Origin: Dehalococcoidales bacterium
Lineage (GTDB): Bacteria; Chloroflexota; Dehalococcoidia; Dehalococcoidales; RBG-16-60-22
DNA: 60,706 nucleotides
NCBI GenBank assembly: GCA_034434915.1
Contig: DAOTYE010000021.1
Location: 1-60,706 of the forward strand
Direction: 5' to 3'
The notes beneath the pieces are model-generated. The model made no database searches. It saw only the letters and a program-made list of their open reading frames with translations, and had not been told where the DNA came from. This document shows, in pieces, positions 46,333 to 54,261 of the stretch (positions are counted from its first letter, which is position 1; every line of letters starts with the position of its first letter). Both the position numbers and the translations under genes were made by a program.

Positions 46333-47412
46333 ATGTCACCCGCTGAAATAAAAATCGCCAGAAAACCCTTAGAAGACTTCGCCATGACGGTATTCACCAG
46401 GCTGGGTATGGCGCCGGAAGACGCGGCAAAGGTTGCTTCAGTGCTGGTCTGGGCTAACCTGCGGGGCGTGGACTCTCACGGAGTACAGCTCATTCCCTGG
46501 TATGTGGAGGCGGTGGAAATCGGACACATGAAAGTGAAACCGGACATTAAGATTGTCAAGGAGACGCCCGCCGCCATCTTTATTGACGCTGACCATGCCT
46601 TCGGCGCGGTGGTCACCATCTATGCCATGAAAAAAGTGATGGAGAAGGCGAAGCAGGCAGGCATCGGCTGGGCATTCATCCGCAAGCACAACCACCAGGG
46701 CGCCATGGGCTACTACCCGCTCATCGCCGCAGAGCAGGGCATGGCTGGGCTGGCATACCTCGGCGGCAATACCACCACCGCTCCCTTTGGCGCCCGCTTC
46801 CCCGGCATCGCCAATAGCCCCATCGCCATCTCCGTGCCGGCAAAGCGGCATCGCCCGCTCCTGCTGGACATGGCGCTGAGCCAGGCGGCTGGCGCCAAGC
46901 TCATCCTGGCAAAGGAAAAAGGCATCCCCATACCGGAAGGATGGGCGCTGGACAAGGAAGGCAAGCCCACCACAGACCCTTCCAAAGCCGCTGTCCTGAC
47001 CCCCGTCGGCGGTGCCAAAGGTTCCGGGCTGTCCATCATGATTGAATGCCTCACCAGCGTCCTCGTCGGCTTCCCCAAGGTGGAGCCGGTGGTCACCATG
47101 AAAGAGCCGCCCTTTGGGCTAGGTTCGCCCGCGGGCAACCCCGCCCGCATCCGCCAGCACCTCCAAAACAGCACCGTCATCGCCATTGACATCAGCCAGT
47201 TCACTGACCTTGAGAGCTACAAAGAGCACATTGACAACCTGATTGACGGCATTAAGGCACTGCCTAAAGCAGAGGGATTCACTGAAATCTTCGTCCCCGG
47301 CGAGCCGGAATGGCGCACCATGGATGAACGACTCAAGAACGGCATCCCTATGCCGGAGAAAACTTACCAGAACCTGAAAAAGGTGGCGGAACGGTTCGGC
47401 TTGCCCCTCTGA
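46333..47412 (+). CDS. Ldh_2 family oxidoreductase (malate/L-lactate/sulfolactate dehydrogenase, ComC-like)
   Basis: A.LRGVDSHG, D....FG, NH.GAMGYY, AP.G......G.SPI, LDMA.S, P.GG.KG.GL, PGE.E. Confidence 0.92.
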   Translation: MSPAEIKIARKPLEDFAMTVFTRLGMAPEDAAKVASVLVWANLRGVDSHGVQLIPWYVEAVEIGHMKVKPDIKIVKETPAAIFIDADHAFGAVVTIYAMKKVMEKAKQAGIGWAFIRKHNHQGAMGYYPLIAAEQGMAGLAYLGGNTTTAPFGARFPGIANSPIAISVPAKRHRPLLLDMALSQAAGAKLILAKEKGIPIPEGWALDKEGKPTTDPSKAAVLTPVGGAKGSGLSIMIECLTSVLVGFPKVEPVVTMKEPPFGLGSPAGNPARIRQHLQNSTVIAIDISQFTDLESYKEHIDNLIDGIKALPKAEGFTEIFVPGEPEWRTMDERLKNGIPMPEKTYQNLKKVAERFGLPL

Positions 47413-47483
47413 GCGGGGCTGTAGCGCAAAATAACAGGGATAGAACCTGAAAGAAATAAAGAATATTAAAGCGAAGGAGAACC

Positions 47484-48464
47484 ATGAAAGAATTTGAAAT
47501 TATTGATGCTCACATTCACCTGACACAGTCCGTGGAAGAAGAGGTAGGTTACTATCCTGTCCCCGGCAGGCGCGACCGTGATAGATGGTCCAACCCCAAA
47601 AGACTTATCTCCTATATGGACACCTTTGGTATCTCTAAAATGGTGTTCATGATACTTATCCCGCGGCAATATAGAGCACCCCTCTTTGAAAAAGCCAGGC
47701 TGTCAGAACTGCCCCAGGAGCAAAGGGAGAAAGAGGGCAAGAAGCTCAGTGAGCAAATCGCCGCGCTGACCAGAAAATACAACGAGTGGGGCTGTGAAGT
47801 GGGGCGCAACAACCCGAGACTGCTCCCGTGCGTGGGCATATCGCCCGACCTCGGCAGTGAAAAGGACATCGTCAAAGAGCTGGAACTGAGACTGAAGCAG
47901 GGAGCAAAGGGGGTAAAGATGCACCCCGGCATGTACTCCTTCTATCCTGCGGACGAACGCCTGCTCCCGATGTATGAAAAATGCCAGGAGCTGGGCATAC
48001 CTGTCCTGGCTGACTCCGGTCCCTGGCCCCATTCCCATGAGCTGGTGGTCTTCCCCCTCTGGTTCAGCATGCCCAAAGAAAAACCCCAGCCGGCAGAGCC
48101 CATTAACTTCGCGCCAGTGCTGGAGCAATTCCCCCGTCTCAAGCTCGTCCTCGCCCACCTCGGCTCTGCCTGGTGGGATGAGCGCGTGGAGCTGGCGCTG
48201 AAATACCCCAACGTGCTCTTTGATACCTCCCAGGGCTTCTCTGCCCCGGACCGCATCCCGGTCGTCCCGCACCGCAGTCTGGCAGAGGAAGACGCCGTGC
48301 GCATCTTCCGCAAGATTGGCACTAAAAGAATCTTGTTCGGCACAGACTTCCCGGCAATACCGTCCCAGCCTCAGTTGGAGCAAATCCTGCGCCTGAACCT
48401 GACGGATGATGAAAAACAGATGATTCTGGCGGAGAATGCCAAGCGCGTCTATAACATCAGGTAG
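47484..48464 (+). CDS. Amidohydrolase_2 family protein
   Basis: IIDAHIH, G.KGVKMHP, P.YE.C.ELG.PV, VLAHLG, FGTDFP. Confidence 0.9.
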   Translation: MKEFEIIDAHIHLTQSVEEEVGYYPVPGRRDRDRWSNPKRLISYMDTFGISKMVFMILIPRQYRAPLFEKARLSELPQEQREKEGKKLSEQIAALTRKYNEWGCEVGRNNPRLLPCVGISPDLGSEKDIVKELELRLKQGAKGVKMHPGMYSFYPADERLLPMYEKCQELGIPVLADSGPWPHSHELVVFPLWFSMPKEKPQPAEPINFAPVLEQFPRLKLVLAHLGSAWWDERVELALKYPNVLFDTSQGFSAPDRIPVVPHRSLAEEDAVRIFRKIGTKRILFGTDFPAIPSQPQLEQILRLNLTDDEKQMILAENAKRVYNIR

Positions 48465-48486
48465 CAACCTATGCTTCTGATTGATG

Positions 48487-48586
48487 GTCATTCTGAGGGG
48501 GCAGAGAGACTGCAGAATCTCCATGGGGTGGTTGGTGGTGGAAAGCCCCCGGCTACCCTTAGACCCTGCGCTATGCTCAGGGTGAC
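48487..48586. repeat. REP-like palindromic element
   Basis: Terminal arms GTCATTCTGAG ... CTCAGGGTGAC, with internal GAATCT / AGACCC. Confidence 0.7.
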
Positions 48587-48683
48587 AGCACCACTAAGTC
48601 CTGTTGAAGGGTAACGGAGTCAGAAAAAGGAATTATATAGACAGCAAGAGCAGAACTGATACGCCCTCCGCAAAGGATAAAGA

Positions 48684-49139
48684 ATGAGCAACCTGGCAGG
48701 ATTTCTGACCGGAAAAGGCGTGGAGTTTGAGTTCCTGGAGAAGAAAGTCACCCACCATGCCCAGGAAGCCGCCCAGGCAAGCGGACTCAGCCTTAGTGAG
48801 ATTTTGAAAACCATCGTCTTCATCACTGATGATAAAAGACCAATCATCGGCATCATTCAGGGGGACTGCTCTATCAGCCGCCACAAGCTTCAGCAATGCT
48901 CCGGCGCCAGGTCAGTGCACATCGCCCCGGATAAGGTAGCGGAATCAGTCACCGGCTTCCCCACCGGCGGCATTCCTCCGGTAGGGCACCGCAAAAAGAT
49001 GCCGGTCTTTATAGACAGAGGCGTCATGGCGCATGAGTACATGTGGTGCGGGGGCGGCTCGCGCCAGAAACTGGTCAAGCTGAAGACCGCTGATATCCTC
49101 AGACTGAGTGAAGGCAAAGTGTGTGACCTGAGGATGTAG
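48684..49139 (+). CDS. YbaK/EbsC family aminoacyl-tRNA deacylase
   Basis: I.KTIVF, V...TGF..GGIPP.G, V.ID, .CGGG. Confidence 0.92.
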   Translation: MSNLAGFLTGKGVEFEFLEKKVTHHAQEAAQASGLSLSEILKTIVFITDDKRPIIGIIQGDCSISRHKLQQCSGARSVHIAPDKVAESVTGFPTGGIPPVGHRKKMPVFIDRGVMAHEYMWCGGGSRQKLVKLKTADILRLSEGKVCDLRM

Positions 49140-49154
49140 CGCGGAAAGTTTCTC

Positions 49155-49568
49155 TTATTCCTCCTGTATCAACTGTATCGCCACGTCTGCCACCCTGCGC
49201 GTGTCCATGTGCGCCGCCATAGCGCCGAAGGCGGCTGGAGCCGGTGCATGGATGATGATGTTGACCCCTTTGTCCTTCAGCTCTTTTAGCTCAGCATCAA
49301 GGTCCTCCACCGCGAAGGCGATGTGGTTGAGCCCCTCTCCCTTGGTATCCAGAAACCGCTGGAACATTGAATCCTTCCGGAGCGGCTGGATGAACTCAAT
49401 GGGCGTGGGACCGATTTGTACGAAGTGAGCCCTCTCCCTGGGCGGCTTCTCCGGGAACTCAACCTCCCGTCCATCCACCGCTATCCCGATTGACTTGTAG
49501 TACTCTACCGCCTTGTCTATATCCCTGACGACGATGGCAATATGGTGCAGTTTCCAGTTTTTGCTCAT
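49155..49568 (-). CDS. VOC family protein (methylmalonyl-CoA epimerase-like)
   Basis: LHHIAIVVRDIDKA, IEFIQP, FL..KGEGL.HIAF.V.D, IQLIQ. ORF track start is 49598. Confidence 0.88.
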   Translation of the reverse strand: MSKNWKLHHIAIVVRDIDKAVEYYKSIGIAVDGREVEFPEKPPRERAHFVQIGPTPIEFIQPLRKDSMFQRFLDTKGEGLNHIAFAVEDLDAELKELKDKGVNIIIHAPAPAAFGAMAAHMDTRRVADVAIQLIQEE

Positions 49569-49591
49569 TTCTTCCCTCTTTTTTATATTTT

Positions 49592-50021
49592 TCACCATTT
49601 ATAGCCCTGCGTAAAGACTGCGCCTTCACCCGCCGGACCCGCCCGCTCGGCGTAACGCCTCAGATGCTGGTCTTGTCTTTCGGCTCAAACTCCGGCGACG
49701 CGGTAAGTGCCGCCCCTATCCCTTCTTGAGTCAGCTTCACATCAAGCTTCGCCTGACACACGTCAATGCTGATGATGTCACCATCTTTAGGTGCCCCAAG
49801 CGGTCCCCTGACCGCCGCCTCAGGTGACGTGTAGCTGATTACACCGCCCCTGTTTGACCGCCTCTGCGATGTGCGCCGTTAGATATATCTGCCAAAATCC
49901 GGGCAAAGCTGTTACGCCGATGAACGGTTGCTTCATGTCCTCGCCGTCATAGCTGAGGGCATGCAGAACCGCCCGGTGCGCGGCGCGCTTTCAATGCCGC
50001 TTTGATATTTTCATTCCGCAT
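49592..50021 (-). pseudogene. ilvD: Dihydroxy-acid dehydratase remnant (N- and C-termini joined, core deleted, frameshifted)
   Basis: MRNENIKAALKARRAHRAVLHAL...DMKQPFIGV...HIAEAVKQG joined out of frame near 49845 to ISYTSPEAA..GPLG..KDGDIISID...L.RYA....A..GAV. Confidence 0.8.
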
Positions 50022-50093
50022 GGAGAACTTTTTTCAGGCTGAAATACAGTAAAGTATATACCAGCCGTGCGGCGGTGTCAAAAGGGCGCCATC

Positions 50094-51068
50094 TTATTTC
50101 ATTGCGCTATTGCGCAAATACGCAGTTACGCTATTTTCAATTGCCTTCACTTCATCTAACGTGGTAGCGCCCTTCCCCTGCTCGGGCATCGCTTTGAAGA
50201 TGGCTACTGTCTGATAAACATCTTCTCCTGTCGCCAAAAAGACCTCATACATCAGGGGGAGATGCCGGGTATAGGTCATCTGGAAAGCGATGAAAGCGTT
50301 ATTAAGCTGGTCAAACTTTATCCGGGCGGCGCTTATGAAGGCGGCGCTCATTGCCTCAAGCAGTCTCTTCTTCTGTGTCAAAGTCTCAGCTTCTGAAATT
50401 GCCCCGCGGTGAAATGCCGAGTAGAGGCTGGTGAGCTCATCGTAGTAGCTCAGGAAGATATGGCTGGTCTTTACCTTTCTCTCCAGCTCGCCCTGCAAGT
50501 CTTTATAGACCAACGAATCCCGCCCGAACCTCTCCCCAACAAAGAGCATGGCGGCGGCATAGCCTATCACCTCTCCGGAAGATTCTTCTATCCCCAGCGG
50601 CAGGTCTATTTGCTCATGCCAGTCCTCATGGAAGATAATGAAAATGAACCGGTGTAGCGGCTCGCGGAGGAGCAGTTTAGTTACCGGCGTCTTCACTCCG
50701 GCGATGGACGGAATCTCATAGAAAAAAATATCGTAGCGCTCAGGGTCTAAACCGGCATCTCCGGGCTTACCCTGACCGTTCTTGAGCGCCGGGTCGTCCA
50801 GAGAATAGGGAAGCTCGGTCGCCGACGTGTAGAAATAGTAGGGATACGATTCCAAATCTCCGGCATATTCCTTGAAGTTATCCGTCTCAGTGAAGCCCAG
50901 CTTCAGCTCAAAGGCTTTTATTTCCTCTATCAGCGCCAGTCTTTGCTTGCTGGTGAGCTGGGGGTTGGAAACACAGCCGGTTAGAACCGGCACCAGAGCC
51001 ACCAGCACGGCGAGCAAAAGCAGACTTATTCTTAGCTTCAGGCTCTTATGTCGCTGAAACATCTCCAT
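50094..51068 (-). CDS. Putative lipoprotein zinc metallopeptidase (aminopeptidase-like)
   Basis: Hydrophobic signal with LTGC lipobox; IFHEDWH (HExxH) followed by EE.SG. Confidence 0.65.
   Translation of the reverse strand: MEMFQRHKSLKLRISLLLLAVLVALVPVLTGCVSNPQLTSKQRLALIEEIKAFELKLGFTETDNFKEYAGDLESYPYYFYTSATELPYSLDDPALKNGQGKPGDAGLDPERYDIFFYEIPSIAGVKTPVTKLLLREPLHRFIFIIFHEDWHEQIDLPLGIEESSGEVIGYAAAMLFVGERFGRDSLVYKDLQGELERKVKTSHIFLSYYDELTSLYSAFHRGAISEAETLTQKKRLLEAMSAAFISAARIKFDQLNNAFIAFQMTYTRHLPLMYEVFLATGEDVYQTVAIFKAMPEQGKGATTLDEVKAIENSVTAYLRNSAMK
50102..50133. repeat. Octamer array 6, inside the 3' end of the peptidase gene
   Basis: TTGCGCTA TTGCGCAA ATACGCAG TTACGCTA. Confidence 0.88.
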
Positions 51069-51187
51069 ATTTCTCTATTGTAACCTCACGCGCAGAAAAT
51101 GTCACAAAAGGAACGACATGCCCACCTGCTTCAAAGTGACAATCAGCGGGCAAACGGCTACAATACGGATTGAAAGAGGGTGATGCT

Positions 51188-52036
51188 ATGGTACTGGAAG
51201 GTAAAGTGGCGCTGGTTTCCGGCGCCGGCGGTATGCACGGCATCGGGCGGGCGATTGCTCTGAAGCTGGCGGGGATGGGAGCAGACATCGCCCTGACTGA
51301 CGTGAAACGAGCCCCGCAGGAACTGCCGGAGGAAGAAGTGAAAGCCGGCTGGCAGAGCATTGACAGCGTGGCGGAAGAAATAAAGCAGCTGGGGCGCCGC
51401 TGTGAAGCCATTTACTGTGACATCACTCAGGAAGACCAGGTCATTGACCTTATCAGCAAAGTGGCAAGCCGGCTGGGCGGGCTGAATATCCTGGTCAACA
51501 ACGCCAGAGCCATCGTAGGCAGGTACATTATGCCGCTCGTTGAGCTGGAGGTGAAGGAGTGGGACCACGTGATGGCGGTCAACCTGCGCGGCATGTTCCT
51601 CTGCTGTAAACACGGCGCGCGGCTGATGATAAAGCAGAATGCCGGTGGCAGGATTATCAATATGGGCTCAGAAGCCGGCAAAAAAGGCGCCGCCAATCAG
51701 TCCGCCTACTGCACCTCCAAGTTCGGGGTCAACGGGCTGACGCAATCGCTTGCTATTGAGCTGGCGCCATACCATATCACCGTCAATGCCATTTGCCCCG
51801 GAGCGATTGACACCCATCGCTTCAGCTACTATGAGCAGAAACTGGCACAGCAGGAAGGCGTGCCCGCTGAAGTCATCCGCAACCGCCATCTGGCGGAAGT
51901 GGTGCACGCAATACCACTGGGCAAGGTGGGGACGCCGGAAGATGTCGCCGCACTCACTGCCTTCCTGGCTTCACCGGAGGCGGAGTATATCACCGGGCAG
52001 TCAATCAATGTCAATGGCGGACTGCTCTTCCATTAG
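51188..52036 (+). CDS. SDR family oxidoreductase
   Basis: SGAGGMHGIGRAIA, LVNNA, VNL.G, YCTSK, VNAICPG, ITGQ.I.V.GG. ORF track start is 51170. Confidence 0.93.
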   Translation: MVLEGKVALVSGAGGMHGIGRAIALKLAGMGADIALTDVKRAPQELPEEEVKAGWQSIDSVAEEIKQLGRRCEAIYCDITQEDQVIDLISKVASRLGGLNILVNNARAIVGRYIMPLVELEVKEWDHVMAVNLRGMFLCCKHGARLMIKQNAGGRIINMGSEAGKKGAANQSAYCTSKFGVNGLTQSLAIELAPYHITVNAICPGAIDTHRFSYYEQKLAQQEGVPAEVIRNRHLAEVVHAIPLGKVGTPEDVAALTAFLASPEAEYITGQSINVNGGLLFH

Positions 52037-52103
52037 ATACTAACCGGTGAACCAACACGCCATGCGGGGAGGTGACTTCGTCCAGCTTAACAGGCGGACT
52101 TTC

Positions 52104-52179
52104 TGGTGAGCCGTGCAGGATTCGAACCTGCGACCAACAGATTAAAAGTCTGCTGCTCTACCGGCTGAGCTAACGGCCC
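52104..52179 (-). tRNA. tRNA-Lys(UUU)
   Basis: GGGCCGTTAGCTCAGCCGGTAGAGCAGCAGACTTTTAATCTGTTGGTCGCAGGTTCGAATCCTGCACGGCTCACCA; 76 nt, anticodon loop CTTTTAA, encoded CCA. Confidence 0.98.
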
Positions 52180-52340
52180 ATTACGAACGATTCTCAGAAA
52201 TCGTTAACCTTTTGATTTTAGCAAATCACCGCCAGCAAGCGCAAATGAAAGCATAGACATGCCCCTGTTTTCAAGCTATAATTCTCAGCAACTGGCTTTG
52301 AACTGGGAATAGCCTGAGATTTAAGCTTTGTGGAGGTAGC

Positions 52341-53009
52341 ATGAAAGTCATCATCATTATCGTGGCAATTATCGCCCTTGCCGGTGCCGGGGTTGGCGGC
52401 TATCTCATCGCCAACAAGCTAAACGCGCCCTCACCACCCCAGCCGGCGCCTACTACTCCTGTGCCGGCGCCATCACCTGCTCCTGCGCCCGCACCATCAC
52501 CTGCCCCCACAGCTCAGAACTTTGAGCAGAAGATTGAAAGCCTGCAGAACGTTATCTCCAGAGTCCAGACCAGCGGCAAGAGCGAGGAGGTTACCCTCAC
52601 CTTCACTGAAGCTGAGGTGAACGAGCAGGCAGGATTGATGCTCGCCCAGATGCCCCCTGATTCCCAGTTCAAAGTCACCAGCGTCAAGATAGACCTCAAG
52701 CCGAACAATCTTATAGCCGCCGAGCTCGGCGCGGTAGCTGCCGGCATCAGCCTGCCCGTCAAGGTAAACGTGCAGGTCAGCGTCATCAGCGGGAAGCCTG
52801 AACTGAAAATCACCGGCATCAACTTCGGCTTCATTCCTCTGCCCCAGTCAGTGAAAGACCAGGTCTCCGCCACGCTTGCCAAAAGCCTTGACGATATGCT
52901 CATGCAGATGATGCAGACGGGAGCCGGCGGCGGCATTGCTCCTGAGTTCAAGACCATTACCATCCGGGAAAATGATATGACCATGACCGTCCTGATAAAC
53001 CCCGCCTGA
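52341..53009 (+). CDS. Hypothetical membrane-anchored protein with Pro/Ala linker and an elongated beta/alpha domain (possibly LmeA/DUF2140-like)
   Basis: N-terminal TM helix, PAPSPAPA x2, LTFTE.EVN, V.IDL....I, ITIREN.MT. Confidence 0.6.
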   Translation: MKVIIIIVAIIALAGAGVGGYLIANKLNAPSPPQPAPTTPVPAPSPAPAPAPSPAPTAQNFEQKIESLQNVISRVQTSGKSEEVTLTFTEAEVNEQAGLMLAQMPPDSQFKVTSVKIDLKPNNLIAAELGAVAAGISLPVKVNVQVSVISGKPELKITGINFGFIPLPQSVKDQVSATLAKSLDDMLMQMMQTGAGGGIAPEFKTITIRENDMTMTVLINPA

Positions 53010-53033
53010 GACAACGGAGGAGCAGAACACACT

Positions 53034-54131
53034 TTGTCTGACGCAACATATATGAAGCTGGCGCTCCGGCTCGCCAGAAAGGGACTGGGCAAGACCAGCC
53101 CCAATCCCATGGTGGGCGCCGTCATCGTCAAGAACGGCCGCCTCATCACTCAGGGCTACCACCATTACTTCGGTGGCGACCACGCTGAAATTGATGCTTT
53201 CAAACACGCCCGGGAAAGCCTCGCCGGGGCAACGCTCTATGTCACCCTTGAGCCGTGCTGTCATACAGGCAAAAAGACGCCCCCCTGCACAGACGCCATC
53301 ATCAGGGAGAAAATCGGTCGGGTGGTCATCGGCACGCTTGACCCGAACCCGGAAGTGAATGGTAAAGGCATCAAGATTCTGAACCAGCATGGTATTGAAA
53401 CGAAAGCCGGCGTGCTTGAGGAGGAGTGCCGCGCTCTGAATGAAGCTTACTTTACCTACATGAAAACCGGACTTCCCTTTGTCACGGTCAAATTTGCCCA
53501 GACGCTTGACGGCAAAATTGCCGCCGCAGGCGGAAGGTCGCAGTGGATAAGCGGAGAAAAATTCCGCACTCTGGCGCATCGCCTGAGGGCCACCCACGAT
53601 GCGGTCATGGTGGGCATAGACACCGTGCTGGCAGACGACCCGGAGCTCACGGTGCGGCTGGTCAAGGGCAGAAATCCGGCGAGAATCATTCTGGATTCCA
53701 GGCTGAGGATGCCTTTAACGGCTAAGCTGGTCAAAACTGCCGGTGCCGCGCCGGTCATCATCGCCACGACGTCTCACGCTGATGAGCACAAATTGTCCAA
53801 TCTCCATGAAGCAGGCATTGAGGTCATGGTAATACCATCGGACAGGGAAGGACAGGTTGACCTCAGAGAACTGCTCAGCATGCTGGCACAGCGGGGCATC
53901 TCCTCAGTGCTGGTAGAAGGCGGCGCAAAGGTCATCACCTCATTCCTGAGACAGGCGCTGGTGAACCGGCTGGTCATCGCCATCGCGCCCAAGATTATGG
54001 GCAAGGGCATTGAGGCAGTGGGTGATTTACAGGTAACGGACATAAGCCAGGCGCTTAATCTGACCTTCACCAGGGTGTACCGGCTGGGTGAGGATGTGGT
54101 GGTGGAAGCGAAAGTCGCCCACCCCGCCTGA
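53034..54131 (+). CDS. ribD: Bifunctional riboflavin deaminase/reductase
   Basis: PNPMVGAVIV, HAE, TLEPCC, PPC, K.A.TLDGKIA, VGI.TVLADDP.L, VEGG; TTG start. Confidence 0.96.
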   Translation: MSDATYMKLALRLARKGLGKTSPNPMVGAVIVKNGRLITQGYHHYFGGDHAEIDAFKHARESLAGATLYVTLEPCCHTGKKTPPCTDAIIREKIGRVVIGTLDPNPEVNGKGIKILNQHGIETKAGVLEEECRALNEAYFTYMKTGLPFVTVKFAQTLDGKIAAAGGRSQWISGEKFRTLAHRLRATHDAVMVGIDTVLADDPELTVRLVKGRNPARIILDSRLRMPLTAKLVKTAGAAPVIIATTSHADEHKLSNLHEAGIEVMVIPSDREGQVDLRELLSMLAQRGISSVLVEGGAKVITSFLRQALVNRLVIAIAPKIMGKGIEAVGDLQVTDISQALNLTFTRVYRLGEDVVVEAKVAHPA

Positions 54132-54138
54132 AGCGAAG

Positions 54139-54259
54139 GCTGGAATCCAGAGGGGAACGAGGGTAAAATCCCCCTTAATCCCCCTTTTTCAAAGGGGGAC
54201 AAACGGTAAAAGAAAAACGGTTCGTCTCCCTTTCGTAAAGGGAGATAGAGAGGGATTTT
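54139..54259. repeat. REP-like hairpin element, long copy
   Basis: GCTGGAATCCAGAGG...AAAATCCCCCTTAATCCCCCTTTTTCAAAGGGGGAC...CTCCCTTTCGTAAAGGGAGATAGAGAGGGATTTT. Confidence 0.85.
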
Positions 54260-54261
54260 AT

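Noticed and set aside
47422-49614. Isolated single octamers (e.g. 47422, 49607; also 21651, 33426, 39118)
   Set aside because: Single degenerate 8-mers are expected by chance in 60 kb; only in-register tandem arrays were counted
52040-52179. tRNA-Lys as an integration site for a genomic island
   Set aside because: No integrase and no duplicate of the tRNA 3' end seen in the window; flanking genes include housekeeping functions
52430-52510. DNA repeats in Pro/Ala linkers (also 1420-1500)
   Set aside because: Explained by low-complexity peptide linkers
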